A stretch of 64,000 nucleotides of DNA, taken from the IMG/VR virus record IMGVR_UViG_3300042934_000519, positions 8,984 through 72,983 of that record. One strand, given 5' to 3'. The position numbers were made by a program, and so were the translations under genes. The first letter of the stretch is position 1; the number at the start of each line of letters is the position of its first letter. The notes beneath the pieces are model-generated. The model did no database searches. It saw nothing but the letters and a program-made list of their open reading frames with translations, and was not told the DNA's origin. This DNA comes from a virus. Of the stretch, positions 26,847 to 37,256 are shown in pieces.

Positions 26847-27356
26847 ATGAAAAAGCTGTTGATCTTTCATACACAGTCTTTGTTCAGTGCCAATGACTTA
26901 GAGAACTACCTATACGATACCGGGGCCACCAGGGACAGCTACTTGGACATGGAGCCTGTGACACAGGTGTCAGGGAAGCTAAAAGCAACACATTGGCATT
27001 ACAGCGAATGGGACATTGCCGGTAAGGATGGAGAGGAAGGCGTTGATCTCTGGTATATGGGCTGGGCAGGTGGAGAAAAGTTTGTCTTCGACGACCCCTA
27101 CCTGATGAAGCTCTTTGCTTTCGAAAAGGCATTTCGCGGCCCTAAAGCTCAATGTATGTCCGCGATCTGGAAGGACTATTTTACCTACGCAACATACCGA
27201 ATTGATAAAGAGCTGTCAGCCATACTGAGCATCGTACTGGCAGATCTGTTGGAGCATGTAGATAATGAAACATATACTGTCGATGTTGCAGCTGCTATGG
27301 GTCTATCAGTGGACTACTTGGCGGAAGAAGACACCCCAGCCAAAGAAAAAGGTTGA
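26847..27356 (+). CDS. Hypothetical protein
   Basis: 169-aa ORF divergent from 26782. Confidence 0.65.
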   Translation: MKKLLIFHTQSLFSANDLENYLYDTGATRDSYLDMEPVTQVSGKLKATHWHYSEWDIAGKDGEEGVDLWYMGWAGGEKFVFDDPYLMKLFAFEKAFRGPKAQCMSAIWKDYFTYATYRIDKELSAILSIVLADLLEHVDNETYTVDVAAAMGLSVDYLAEEDTPAKEKG

Positions 27357-27960
27357 GCCTTACTTCGAGGACGGGGTGGAGGAGAAGATCAAGCAGCAAC
27401 TGGCTGACCGTATCAAGTTGCTCGACGGGCTTATGGCTGAAACCGTCTCCTACCTGACCAACACCATGTTCTGGCTGATTGAAGCCAACGGCAGTGTGGA
27501 CAAAGGCAAACCGGCTGATGTCTTGCTGCGCGAAGTGAACCTGATGTTCGTGGACAACATGGTGCAGTCATACGGTCTAGTCCCGGCGGATGAACACATC
27601 TTGCGGTCCAAGGTCATCGACCTGCTCCGGCAGAACGCCATTCGCATGGAGCTGAAGAAGTTCCAAGGCAAAGAGAAGTCGCTGTTCAACATCCACACCT
27701 TTGTGGTGCGCAACGAAGGGATTGACGACGATCCCAACTACGTGCATCAAGTGGATAAGTTCTCGTTCACCGCAGGCATGGGCGTTAAGGAATGGGCTCG
27801 CTACTCGGTGCTTGAACAGCAGGAGATCCGGGACTTTATCTTTGATGTCTATTACGGCGCTGGTGATCAAACCACCACCATGGACATCAAACTCAGTAAC
27901 GAACGCTTCACCTGTGCCTTTCCCCTTAAACGCAGTGTTGTCCAGGAAGAACTCCCATGA
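27265..27960 (+). CDS. Hypothetical protein (start uncertain)
   Basis: ORF with phage codon bias; overlaps previous gene. Confidence 0.6.
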   Translation: MKHILSMLQLLWVYQWTTWRKKTPQPKKKVEPYFEDGVEEKIKQQLADRIKLLDGLMAETVSYLTNTMFWLIEANGSVDKGKPADVLLREVNLMFVDNMVQSYGLVPADEHILRSKVIDLLRQNAIRMELKKFQGKEKSLFNIHTFVVRNEGIDDDPNYVHQVDKFSFTAGMGVKEWARYSVLEQQEIRDFIFDVYYGAGDQTTTMDIKLSNERFTCAFPLKRSVVQEELP

Positions 27961-28355
27961 GTGTTGACCACGCCGAACGCATTGCCATGTTGCCGCCTCA
28001 GCAACGGGCCACTATCACCAACAACTACGGCCAGATGGACGTGGTGCTGCAAACCGCCCGTACCTTGCACAGCGAGTACGTGGTGTCGATCATCACGGGG
28101 CGTCCTGAGCATGACAAGTCCTATTGGTTGGAAATCCTCAACCAGAGCGACGTCATGTACCACGAGTTCGACACGCGTCTGCACACACTGGCTGAGGTGG
28201 TCGCTAAGACCCTCTGCAAGCGCACTGACGACAAGTTTGGCCGTGGGATGCCCTACGTGACGCTGTTGGTGCAATCGCTGGCCATGGGTGCTGCTACGGG
28301 CAGTGAGAAGTTTGCTTACCTCGTGGGCGGACAGGTCATTCCGTACGAAGCGTAA
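27957..28355 (+). CDS. Hypothetical protein
   Basis: ATGA overlap; terminator 28356-28385 with TATGCCG. Confidence 0.7.
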   Translation: MSVDHAERIAMLPPQQRATITNNYGQMDVVLQTARTLHSEYVVSIITGRPEHDKSYWLEILNQSDVMYHEFDTRLHTLAEVVAKTLCKRTDDKFGRGMPYVTLLVQSLAMGAATGSEKFAYLVGGQVIPYEA

Positions 28356-28417
28356 GGAGGAGGGCTTCGGCCCTCCTTTATGCCGTCTACTATGAAATAC
28401 ACTATCGAGTATTAACC

Positions 28418-28957
28418 ATGGGCTATATAACCGCGATCCGTGCTTTCTTTAGCGGTGCACTGGGCAAACTGGCATTGGTTGGTTTGGCTGTTGCACTGTT
28501 AGCTGGCACCGTTTACTACATCATTGACTTGAACACTCAGCTGACCACTGCTCAAGACGAAGCCAAGGACTGGAAGAAGAAGTTCGAAGGCGTGGACCTG
28601 ACCGTCAAGACCACGGACGACGAGCAGAAAAAGGTCACGGAAACCTTCACCGGCATCGATGCCAAAAGCGTAGACCTGTTGTGCATGGCCCGCTACGGCA
28701 ACCTACTGCCCAACTTCAACCAGAGTCCTGTCGTTCCAGCAGAGCCTCAGATCAAGGAAGTCATCAAGTACGTGGCGAGCAAACCACTGGTGTCGCCTGT
28801 CATCCCTGCCACTACGCCTTTGACCCCTTCCGACCTCACTGCCAAGAACAGCCAAGCGCTGTCCGATGAGATCCGGGTATCCGTGTTGAACAACTCGTGG
28901 AAAGCCTATTGCGCTGTGACAGGCAATAAGGACGACACCTGCGCCCCCTTTCGTTAA
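28418..28957 (+). CDS. Putative inner-membrane spanin (Rz-like)
   Basis: N-terminal TM, coiled segment, C-terminal Cys; followed by a lipoprotein gene. Confidence 0.65.
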   Translation: MGYITAIRAFFSGALGKLALVGLAVALLAGTVYYIIDLNTQLTTAQDEAKDWKKKFEGVDLTVKTTDDEQKKVTETFTGIDAKSVDLLCMARYGNLLPNFNQSPVVPAEPQIKEVIKYVASKPLVSPVIPATTPLTPSDLTAKNSQALSDEIRVSVLNNSWKAYCAVTGNKDDTCAPFR

Positions 28958-28966
28958 GGAACCCTC

Positions 28967-29215
28967 ATGAAAATCATCCTTGCAGTCTTGCTGCTCTGTG
29001 TGGCCACCACGTTGGCTGGGTGTAACCGTGGCGTGATCATGGTCCCTGAATGTGAGTACGGTCAGCCCCCTGATCCGGTTGCTTACCTCAAAGGCAACCC
29101 GGATGAGAACTTGGTCCTGATGAGTGCCGCGTATAACGATGGTCTGCGCAAGGCCAGTACGTGCAACGCCAACATCACCAAGATCAATGCCAAGAACAAA
29201 GCGCTCTTCGAATAA
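28967..29215 (+). CDS. Putative outer-membrane spanin lipoprotein (Rz1-like)
   Basis: Lipobox LAGC, Pro-rich segment, CNA motif. Confidence 0.7.
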   Translation: MKIILAVLLLCVATTLAGCNRGVIMVPECEYGQPPDPVAYLKGNPDENLVLMSAAYNDGLRKASTCNANITKINAKNKALFE

Positions 29216-29263
29216 GTCCAGTGCCACCAGCCTTTTACGGGGCTGGTGGCACTGTGCTATTTA

Positions 29264-29355
29264 TTCAATTCGAAAATATCATGGCAATACATTGTAGTGA
29301 TGAGTAAGGAGAACAATCTACTTACCTTAACCTTATCGTCGGAGATTACCCCATG
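29264..29355 (+). repeat. Conserved early promoter/leader, copy B
   Basis: TTCAATTCGAAA..ATGGCAATACATT..hairpin..GGAGATT..ATG. Confidence 0.8.
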
Positions 29356-29991
29356 AACATGCCTACCATCCCTACCGTTCACAACACCATCGACACTCAA
29401 GCCATCGTTGACGCTGTGCGCGCTAACGGCTTCAAAGCGCTGGACGATCACCACAACGGTCGTAAAGAAATGCAACTGGACGGCGTTGCAGTACTGTGGC
29501 GTGACGAGAAACAAACCGTTGTGGCCTTGTTCACCAAGACCTTCAGCGATTATTACACCATCAACGAAATCCGTGTCGACGAAGACGGCATCCCGCACGT
29601 GACTCGCAATGCCTGCGGCGGCACCATCTTCAACGCCACTGACGACGTCCATGCTGACGTCAAAGCCAATCGTGCTGATTACGATTGGAAGCTGATCGAG
29701 AAAATGCCTGCTCTGCATCCAGGTTGGTTGGTGAACATCGTCACTCCCAAAGACGAGTACAACGATTTCATCGGCACTGAGATGTACGTCGAACATGCTC
29801 TGTCTGGCCTGCAACTGCGCATCAACACCAGCAAGCACCTCGACGCTGGCATCGCGACTCTGGACTCGGAAGAGTTCCGTAGCCGTCTGGACGTCGTCAA
29901 AGGCTTGAAAGAAGCGTGGCAAGTAGAGCCTACCAAGGCTAAAGCTGTACTGCTCAAGAAAGCCTGCGAAGAAGCTCGCTGCCTGCTGTAA
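29353..29991 (+). CDS. Hypothetical early protein
   Basis: Cassette B gene 1. Confidence 0.75.
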   Translation: MNMPTIPTVHNTIDTQAIVDAVRANGFKALDDHHNGRKEMQLDGVAVLWRDEKQTVVALFTKTFSDYYTINEIRVDEDGIPHVTRNACGGTIFNATDDVHADVKANRADYDWKLIEKMPALHPGWLVNIVTPKDEYNDFIGTEMYVEHALSGLQLRINTSKHLDAGIATLDSEEFRSRLDVVKGLKEAWQVEPTKAKAVLLKKACEEARCLL

Positions 29992-30030
29992 CCTGCAACA
30001 CCCTAACCATTGATCTATTAGGAGATCACA

Positions 30031-30687
30031 ATGCATTACGAAGTCGCTGTATCGCAACAAGACCTCACCGAGTTCACTTACAACACCAAAGAGGTTCATG
30101 CCAACCTGTACATCAGCCAGTTGCCCACTTACGAGGAAACAATTGGCTACGAGATCCGCGGGCATGTGGCGGTGATCAAGTTCGAAGAAACAGAGGGCGA
30201 CCGTATCACCTACGGTAACCCTTCCTACACGCTGCAAGCGGTTTCCCAAGTGATTGCGCTGGCCTGTGTTCTGCACAAGGTCAAGCACTTTCAACTGGGC
30301 GCTTCAGTACACACCATCCACGTGGCAGTCAACGACCCGCAAGGCGCGTTCATTGCTAAACAGGGTCAGCCGGGTGTGGGCATCATCAAGCACCAAGTCA
30401 ATGGCTTGGTGTTCAAAGAAGAAGGCAACTTCTTCATGGCGTTGGAAGGCGGCATGGTGTGCTCGTTGTACGTTGACAGAATGGGCACCTCACTCGGCCT
30501 CCAGCTGATTGACAGAACTTTCCTCATTCGTTTTGAAGTTGAGGGTAAGTTCCATTATTACCCAATGGCCCTTGTGTTTACTGACCCGGTGGTACGTTCC
30601 TCGTACCTTAAACCATCAGACCCTTTCTTTGACTGGGACAGTAAGCGTGAAGAAATTGAACAGTTTGTTGAGGAATGGACAAAATGA
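30031..30687 (+). CDS. Hypothetical early protein
   Basis: AGGAG SD. Confidence 0.75.
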   Translation: MHYEVAVSQQDLTEFTYNTKEVHANLYISQLPTYEETIGYEIRGHVAVIKFEETEGDRITYGNPSYTLQAVSQVIALACVLHKVKHFQLGASVHTIHVAVNDPQGAFIAKQGQPGVGIIKHQVNGLVFKEEGNFFMALEGGMVCSLYVDRMGTSLGLQLIDRTFLIRFEVEGKFHYYPMALVFTDPVVRSSYLKPSDPFFDWDSKREEIEQFVEEWTK

Positions 30688-30986
30688 CTACTACCGTTGA
30701 CGTGCACCATCACGAAGGTGTGCTGTTCCAAAAGGTTGCCGCTGAGACTGGCATTACTTACGTCGCTGTCGACCCGGCTGAAATCAAGCACATGGACCGG
30801 CGCCTGCTGGTCCGCCACGGCGACCCTGAGAAGGGCAGCTGCGGCTACTACCCAGCGTGGCTGCTGGTGGCGGGTGATGAGACCCGCAAGCGTATCGCTC
30901 AAGAGAAAGGCAAACGTCCACCGCATCACTCGTGGATCATTGGCAAAATCATGTCCCTGACTGCGTCGGGGGCACAGTTCCTCTAA
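30675..30986 (+). CDS. Hypothetical protein
   Basis: Overlapping start (30675 or 30684). Confidence 0.65.
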   Translation: MDKMTTTVDVHHHEGVLFQKVAAETGITYVAVDPAEIKHMDRRLLVRHGDPEKGSCGYYPAWLLVAGDETRKRIAQEKGKRPPHHSWIIGKIMSLTASGAQFL

Positions 30987-31023
30987 GCTTCATCCCTAAC
31001 CTTGATCATTGGAGATCACCGCT

Positions 31024-31434
31024 ATGTCGTTCCTTAAAGCTGCTGTATCCGTTGCTGCTGTTGCTGGCGTAGGCTTTCTCGGCTACAAAATCTGCAAGTC
31101 CAAGAAAGTCCGCAAGGCTGCTGCCATCGCTGTTCAAGTGATGGCAGCTCCTTCGCCTGCTCCGCGTCCTACCTACCACGAACCCGTGCGCCCTGTGGCC
31201 ACTGTCGTGGTGACTGAAACCGAAACCTCCGTCAAGGCTGACAAGTCCAAGATGGAAGGTGTCATGGGCGTTGCTGCTCATGTCAAAGCCCAACCTGTCA
31301 AAGTACACGTACGTGCTTCGGCCCGTACTACCGAAATCGAAGTAGAACGTACCACTGCTGCCAACCTGAAACCCCTCTCCGATAAAGAGATGGAAAACAA
31401 GTTCGGCTTCAGCGGCGCTACTCTGCCTCAGTGA
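31024..31434 (+). CDS. Membrane-anchored early protein
   Basis: AAVSVAAVAGVGFLGY followed by KICKSKKVRK. Confidence 0.7.
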   Translation: MSFLKAAVSVAAVAGVGFLGYKICKSKKVRKAAAIAVQVMAAPSPAPRPTYHEPVRPVATVVVTETETSVKADKSKMEGVMGVAAHVKAQPVKVHVRASARTTEIEVERTTAANLKPLSDKEMENKFGFSGATLPQ

Positions 31435-31483
31435 TCCATCAACCCTTGCAACACAACCCTTACCTAACCTCAGGAAGTTACTC

Positions 31484-32782
31484 ATGTCTACTAAACTCTT
31501 CAACGAAGATGGCACCATTGTAATCCGTCACGTCAGCGACGCTAATGTGACCGATCATGTCCCGGCTCACGTGTATCGTTTGCGCGAACACCCGATGAGC
31601 AGCGATCTGTACCTGGTGCCTGATCGCCTGAAGTTCGACGTCCCGGCCAAGTTCTACGGTCGGCACAATACCCACAAGCAAGAGATCCTCACTGCTTACA
31701 ACAAGCACGAAGGTTCGGTGGGTGTTCTGCTGCGCGGTATTAAAGGCGCGGGCAAGTCGGCGTTGGCAGAAGACCTGTGCAACACGGTCCTGGAAAAGTA
31801 CCTGCCGGTACTGTTTGTTGACCGTCCGTTCTCCCCCGCAGTGCTGCAACGTGTGACCACCCAAATGGGCCCATGCGTGGTGTACTTCGATGAGTTCGGC
31901 AAAGTGTACGGCGCTAAGGAACGCCGCGACCTGCTGACCTACTTCTCGGACTCCTCGTTCAAGAAGGTGATGTTCATCGTCACCAGCAACAGTAAGAAAG
32001 AACTCGACAAGTACATGATCGACCGTCCGGGTCGTTTCCTGTTCCGCATCGACTTCAAAGCACTGGACCCACTGGCCATCATCGAGATGATTGACGACCA
32101 CGGGTTGAAAGGCGAAATGGCTCAGATGATGAACGCCTACGTGAATAACAACACGGTGACGTTCGACATGCTGCGCTTCTTGATGCCGATCGCGGTGGAA
32201 GCAGGGAACTACATGGAATTCAATCGCCGGATCGAAATCCTGAACTGCCCGCCGCCGGTCTACCCTCACCTGACCCCGACCAAGGTCATCTTCCAAGGCG
32301 AACCGTTCTACGGCTACGTCAAGCTGGGTGTGTCTCCGGGCATGAAGTTCACCATTGAACTGAAAACCGAAACCGACCCTGAGCCGCTCTACAAGGGCGA
32401 GTTCGACATGAACACCCGTAACCAGGTCCTTACCGAGAACTTCCTCGGTGTCGAACGTCAGTTCGTTCTGGAAGGCGACGTGATCGTGTTGGCCCGTGAA
32501 GAATGGCGCAACACTGTGCAAGAAAGCCGTAGCGATCGCTTCCGTGATCCTGCACTGGATGTCAAGCGTGAGGAGGCTCCTCGCGAAATCGGCATGTCGA
32601 TGTCTGACATCATGCACATGGGCGGTATGGGTAGCATGTTCAGAACGCGCTCGGAACTGCTCGGTGGCGGTATGTCGGAAGATCAGAAGAAGCTGTTGGA
32701 ACTGGCAGACTTTATCGTCAAGAACAACAAGCCTGCTGAAACGGCGGCTGTAGAAGAGACTGAAAGCGAAACTGCCAAGTAA
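31484..32782 (+). CDS. AAA+ ATPase
   Basis: Walker A GIKGAGKS, Walker B VYFDEFGK, TSN sensor, DRPGRF arginine finger. Confidence 0.9.
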   Translation: MSTKLFNEDGTIVIRHVSDANVTDHVPAHVYRLREHPMSSDLYLVPDRLKFDVPAKFYGRHNTHKQEILTAYNKHEGSVGVLLRGIKGAGKSALAEDLCNTVLEKYLPVLFVDRPFSPAVLQRVTTQMGPCVVYFDEFGKVYGAKERRDLLTYFSDSSFKKVMFIVTSNSKKELDKYMIDRPGRFLFRIDFKALDPLAIIEMIDDHGLKGEMAQMMNAYVNNNTVTFDMLRFLMPIAVEAGNYMEFNRRIEILNCPPPVYPHLTPTKVIFQGEPFYGYVKLGVSPGMKFTIELKTETDPEPLYKGEFDMNTRNQVLTENFLGVERQFVLEGDVIVLAREEWRNTVQESRSDRFRDPALDVKREEAPREIGMSMSDIMHMGGMGSMFRTRSELLGGGMSEDQKKLLELADFIVKNNKPAETAAVEETESETAK

Positions 32783-32835
32783 CGGCATAGACAGGGAGCC
32801 TCACGGCTCCCTGTCTAGCTTTCTTTTTTCTTTGG
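32783..32835. terminator. Bidirectional terminator, cassette B right end
   Basis: CGGCATAGAC-hairpin-TTTCTTTTTTCTTTGG. Confidence 0.85.
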
Positions 32836-33960
32836 TTACTTGATGGAGCGGTCGAAGTATTTCACCACGGCCACGGCCACTTGGTACTGGTTCAACGAAT
32901 TCATGATGCCCCACGTCCAACTTTCAGGGTCAGACTGGAAGTAGAAGCGTCCGTAGAACTCGTCGTACAGGTTGTTGTCTGCGTCGTAAATCCATTTGGT
33001 GAACCGGCCACCGTCCTTGAAATCCAACCACGGGAACCACAGCAGTTTCATGCTAGGGTCCCAGTCCGGATCAGTCAACATGTCCTTGAGCAGTTTGGCT
33101 GCATACATCGCATCTTTCTTGGCCAGTGCCTGCATTTCTTTAACCGGGGTCGGTTCAGGCGTTGGAACCATGTCGATGCGGTCGTATTTACCCAAGGTAG
33201 GGACTTTGTTGCCCAGACTGGTGGTTTGAATCTTTGGCAGTTTGGACACAGGGCTTGGGATGGCGTTGAGTTCCTCAACTGCTTGGCGCACCACTTCAAG
33301 AGCAGCTTCATCGTCAAGCGGTTTGTTGGCACACGCCATTTCCACACGCTTCTCGATCCCCGCTACTTTGGTGGCAATTGGCTTGAGCACTTGCGCCCAG
33401 GCCTTGCAGAACCCTTCAAGACTCCCCTTCGCCACGTTGATATTCCAGATCGGCGACGTGGTGATGTTGTCGTTGACCAAGAAGTGCTGGTAGATGTCAC
33501 TGGCAGGCACCATGCCCTCCACGAACGTCTGTTTGTCCAGCCACTTCTGGTTCAGGTAGGTCTTTTCCAGTTCAGCCACGAACTTGGCCACCGCTTCACG
33601 GTGCTTTGCGTTGTACTCTTTCTTTTCAGGCAGAGTGCGCGGTTTCTTTCGACCGAAGATGGACAACGACGAGGTCAACATGCCTACCAGCCCTTCAGTG
33701 GACACCTCTTCAATTCCTTGAGTGCCCCCGACTTGCGTCAGCAGGGTAGCGACACTCTGTTGGAGTTCGACGTTGTCTGGGTTGTTCTTGACCACGGTGT
33801 CCGTCATGGCCAATACAGCGTCGAGGGTGGCCTCTTCACGTTTCTCTTCTTCGATCGCACCGGCGATGTCTTCCAGAGAGGACATCAATGTCCGGTACGC
33901 GTTTCGAGATTCGCTGGGCATCGCATCTTCTAATGCGGCGCTTAAGGCAGATAGTCGCAT
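32836..33960 (-). CDS. Virion internal head protein
   Basis: N-terminal ALE, SLE and STE sites matching the phiKZ prohead protease motif (S/A/G-X-E). Confidence 0.65.
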   Translation of the reverse strand: MRLSALSAALEDAMPSESRNAYRTLMSSLEDIAGAIEEEKREEATLDAVLAMTDTVVKNNPDNVELQQSVATLLTQVGGTQGIEEVSTEGLVGMLTSSLSIFGRKKPRTLPEKKEYNAKHREAVAKFVAELEKTYLNQKWLDKQTFVEGMVPASDIYQHFLVNDNITTSPIWNINVAKGSLEGFCKAWAQVLKPIATKVAGIEKRVEMACANKPLDDEAALEVVRQAVEELNAIPSPVSKLPKIQTTSLGNKVPTLGKYDRIDMVPTPEPTPVKEMQALAKKDAMYAAKLLKDMLTDPDWDPSMKLLWFPWLDFKDGGRFTKWIYDADNNLYDEFYGRFYFQSDPESWTWGIMNSLNQYQVAVAVVKYFDRSIK

Positions 33961-33962
33961 GA

Positions 33963-36068
33963 TTACGGCTCGTCTTCTGGTGGGGTAGGTTCTGCCACGT
34001 CAATCGGCAACTGCTCACGCAGCTGTTCGATAAACGCTTCAGCATTGGTGATCGTGGCGATCGAGTTGTCGACCAAGTCTTCCAGCGAGGCTTCCACATC
34101 GTCCGGAGTCTTCACCCCCAGGATGGTTTCCACCGTTTCCTTGGACCATTGCAGGATGTCCTTGGAGCGCGTGGAGATGTTTGGTGCTTCGCCAGTATCA
34201 AGGAAGATGTCGTGCACATGGCAGCGCTGCTTCTGACCGATACGGTCCACACGAGCCACCGTCTGCGTCCGCTCGTAATCACGGAACGGGGAGTTGGTGA
34301 ACGCCAGTGTATTGGCCACCGTCAGAGGCACAGCCGTTGACAACGACTTGAAGGTCGCCACCAGAGGGTTGGCATCTGGGTCATCGTGGAACTTCTTGAT
34401 GATCGCAGGCAAGTCCTTGTTGGTTTCCCCGTAGACGAAGAGCGGCTTGTACCCCGCTTGCACCAACAACACTTCCAAGGCTTTGACCACTTCCACGTAA
34501 CTGGTAAAGATCACCGTCTTGCTCAAGGCATTGTCGATGATGTCTTCCAGCGGCATGTTGGCGAGCATGTCCAAGTGACACTGAATGCGCATCCGACCCA
34601 AGACCTGCGACAGCGCTTCGCCCAGCACCTTCAGTTCCACGTACTTGATGATCGCTCGCACGTTCAAGAACGGCTTGCGGTACTGCTCGGGGAGAGAAGG
34701 CACAATGTTCTTCAGCTCGTACCGGTTGCAGTACATCACCATGTCTTTCATGGTCACAGGATCGTAACCACGGCGGATCTGCTTGATGTAGCCTTTATAC
34801 ATCTCGAAGTCTTTGTTCTGCTGGGGTGAGCCACGGGCAATGGACTTCTGGTGCAGTTCCATGCAGGTGTCGTACAGCTTCATGTACTCCGGCATGCCCT
34901 TCTGGTAGAACTTGAGCTGCTCGGCGATGAAGTTGGTCATCTTGGTGCGGATCGAGTCCAAGGTGTAGTCAGCACCGTTAGGGATCTTCACCGTGACCGT
35001 GTGGTAATCCACGCCGGGTGTTTCAATGTCTTGTTTGAGCACCTTAAAGGACAGGATACCGATTCGGTTGGCCAGAATCTCCAGCGAACGCTTGGCCTCC
35101 TTACCGAACATCTTGCGGAACGCTTCACGGGCTTCAGGGGTGAAGTCATCGCAGAGCGTGGTCAGCAAGGTGATCGCTTCAGAGCCCATGGCCTTAAGCG
35201 GTGTACCCGAAGCATGCACCACGTCTTTGCACTGAAGTGTCCGGCACAGGTCGATCAGGTGGGCTGAGCGTTGGCTGGACTCTTCGTTGAAGTTGTGCGA
35301 TTCGTCGATGTCGATGAACGACTTACCAAACGAGCGAGGATTGGCCTTGACGAACTTGAGGAACTTCTCCAAGTAGTCGTAGTGCACGATGTAGATCTTC
35401 TTGCCCAGCACTGGTTCAGTACCGTGCATGGACGACCAGTAATCCGGGATACCCGACTTGAAGAAGAACTTGCCACCGAAGACCGGGGACTCCTTTGCAA
35501 TGGTTTTCTCCCAGACATCCACAGCCGCGTTCTTGGGACAGATGAAGATCTGAGTGTCCGCATTCAGACACAAGCCCAGTGCGTACCCGGTGATCGTCTT
35601 ACCGCCACCTGCGGCCACGTCCATGAGCATCCCATTGAGGGAATACTCCTGCGTCACGCGGTCGTAGTTATGTAAAAAATTGTCTTGGTGGGCAAATAGT
35701 GTGACGTTAAGTTCCTTAAGCCGGGAGAAATCCAGCTTTGACTTAAAATCACTGGAGCCTATTTTCTTGAGCCATGTATGAAGGCGTATCTCTTCAATGG
35801 TCTTAAGGAGGATGCGACGGGGTACTGACGTTCGGCGACTTTCGAGCAACCGTTCCAGCATGTACAACACTTCGATTGCAAAGAACCGAGGACACTTGAT
35901 CTGGGACTTGGTAATAGAAGAGAACATGTTGGTGTTGATCTTACTGGTTTTCCAGTAATTATACACGTCTCGACTGAATCGCAGCCCAGGGATACCATTC
36001 ACTATAATGTGAGAATCCGTTTCTTTAACAGACACGAACCCAACGAGTCGTGCAACACTACCGTACAT
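33963..36068 (-). CDS. SF2 (SNF2/DEAD-like) helicase, probably virion-associated
   Basis: AGGGKT, DESH, SGTP, QTVARVDRIGQ motifs; C-terminal ASLE site. Confidence 0.88.
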   Translation of the reverse strand: MYGSVARLVGFVSVKETDSHIIVNGIPGLRFSRDVYNYWKTSKINTNMFSSITKSQIKCPRFFAIEVLYMLERLLESRRTSVPRRILLKTIEEIRLHTWLKKIGSSDFKSKLDFSRLKELNVTLFAHQDNFLHNYDRVTQEYSLNGMLMDVAAGGGKTITGYALGLCLNADTQIFICPKNAAVDVWEKTIAKESPVFGGKFFFKSGIPDYWSSMHGTEPVLGKKIYIVHYDYLEKFLKFVKANPRSFGKSFIDIDESHNFNEESSQRSAHLIDLCRTLQCKDVVHASGTPLKAMGSEAITLLTTLCDDFTPEAREAFRKMFGKEAKRSLEILANRIGILSFKVLKQDIETPGVDYHTVTVKIPNGADYTLDSIRTKMTNFIAEQLKFYQKGMPEYMKLYDTCMELHQKSIARGSPQQNKDFEMYKGYIKQIRRGYDPVTMKDMVMYCNRYELKNIVPSLPEQYRKPFLNVRAIIKYVELKVLGEALSQVLGRMRIQCHLDMLANMPLEDIIDNALSKTVIFTSYVEVVKALEVLLVQAGYKPLFVYGETNKDLPAIIKKFHDDPDANPLVATFKSLSTAVPLTVANTLAFTNSPFRDYERTQTVARVDRIGQKQRCHVHDIFLDTGEAPNISTRSKDILQWSKETVETILGVKTPDDVEASLEDLVDNSIATITNAEAFIEQLREQLPIDVAEPTPPEDEP

Positions 36069-36117
36069 TGTTCTATTCCTTAATAACTAGGGAATCAGGA
36101 TAAAAGAGGATCATAAG

Positions 36118-37224
36118 ATGACTCAAGTTAACAAGGCAGCCGGTGGCAGCGTCCACCAGCAGCACGCCGAGGTGGTCAAGTTTCGTTCCAGCTTGGAAGC
36201 GTTGATGGTTGCCGGACGCGAGTTCCTGGGCAATCCGTCACTGGAAGATTCCCAGGCTGTGGCATTCACCACGCTGACAGAAGACGTTCTGGAGCCAGCC
36301 GGTCTGGACGAAGAACTCAAAAAGATCGACGGTGTGGCGGACCCTGCTTCCAAGATCGAACTGATCATGCAGGACATCATCCAGCCTCAGCTGACCACCG
36401 TGGCCAAACTCGAAGAGCACCTTGCTCAGAAAGCCGAAGGCCAAGTCGATGAGCCGTTCACCACCCGTGACCAGATGACTGCTGCGCCGTCGTTTGAATC
36501 GATCGTGGTCGAGCGTGATGAGCTACGCCTGTTCTCTCACGGCCTGCACTCGCTCAAGGTCATGGCATCGATGGAAGGCGTCACTGCGGACCACATGCGT
36601 CCTATGCTGAGCCACTTCCTGCGCCAAGTGCCGGACATCACCGCCCAACTGAACATCTCCATTGAAAACATGGAAGAGACTCAGGTGCTGGGCGAGATGA
36701 CTGAAGCCGTTGACCGCATGACCGCGGTGGTTGAGAACGCTCGTACCTTGGCTGAAACCCAAGTCAACGACGCTCGTGGCCAGAACGCTCAGATCGAAAC
36801 CGACAACGCCACTGACTGGACCGAGAACCTGTTGGCCAAAGTCGAGAGCACCAAGCAATCGGGCGCTGTGTTGGACGACGACGTCAAAGTCTCCAGCACT
36901 CCATCTGACGGCACTGTGGCTTCGACCGACACCACTGGTTCCACTGACATGGAAGTGGACGAGACCGGTATTGACGGCGGTGAGGCAGGTGAAGCAGAAG
37001 CACTGGCAGCCGATGCTGCTGTGGCTGATGCAGACGCTGCGGCGGCTGAAGTCGATGCCAACACCGACACCGGTGCAGGCACTGGCGATGACGCTGGCAA
37101 GTCGTTGGGTGAAAACGCTGACGAGTTGAAAGACAACGTCGAAGAGCCTGAACTCGATGACGACGGTAACCCGATCGTCAAAGAAGAAGAGCAGGAAGAA
37201 GAAGAGGAAGAAGAGGTCAAGTGA
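36118..37224 (+). CDS. Acidic virion/head protein
   Basis: Multiple SxE sites (SLE, SFE, SME, SIE); highly acidic C-terminus. Confidence 0.65.
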   Translation: MTQVNKAAGGSVHQQHAEVVKFRSSLEALMVAGREFLGNPSLEDSQAVAFTTLTEDVLEPAGLDEELKKIDGVADPASKIELIMQDIIQPQLTTVAKLEEHLAQKAEGQVDEPFTTRDQMTAAPSFESIVVERDELRLFSHGLHSLKVMASMEGVTADHMRPMLSHFLRQVPDITAQLNISIENMEETQVLGEMTEAVDRMTAVVENARTLAETQVNDARGQNAQIETDNATDWTENLLAKVESTKQSGAVLDDDVKVSSTPSDGTVASTDTTGSTDMEVDETGIDGGEAGEAEALAADAAVADADAAAAEVDANTDTGAGTGDDAGKSLGENADELKDNVEEPELDDDGNPIVKEEEQEEEEEEEVK

Positions 37225-37256
37225 CCTAGTCTTTTAAAACTGTGTCTCTACCATTA

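Noticed and set aside
37180-37220. GAA/GAG tandem run
   Set aside because: Encodes the poly-Glu tail of the acidic head protein
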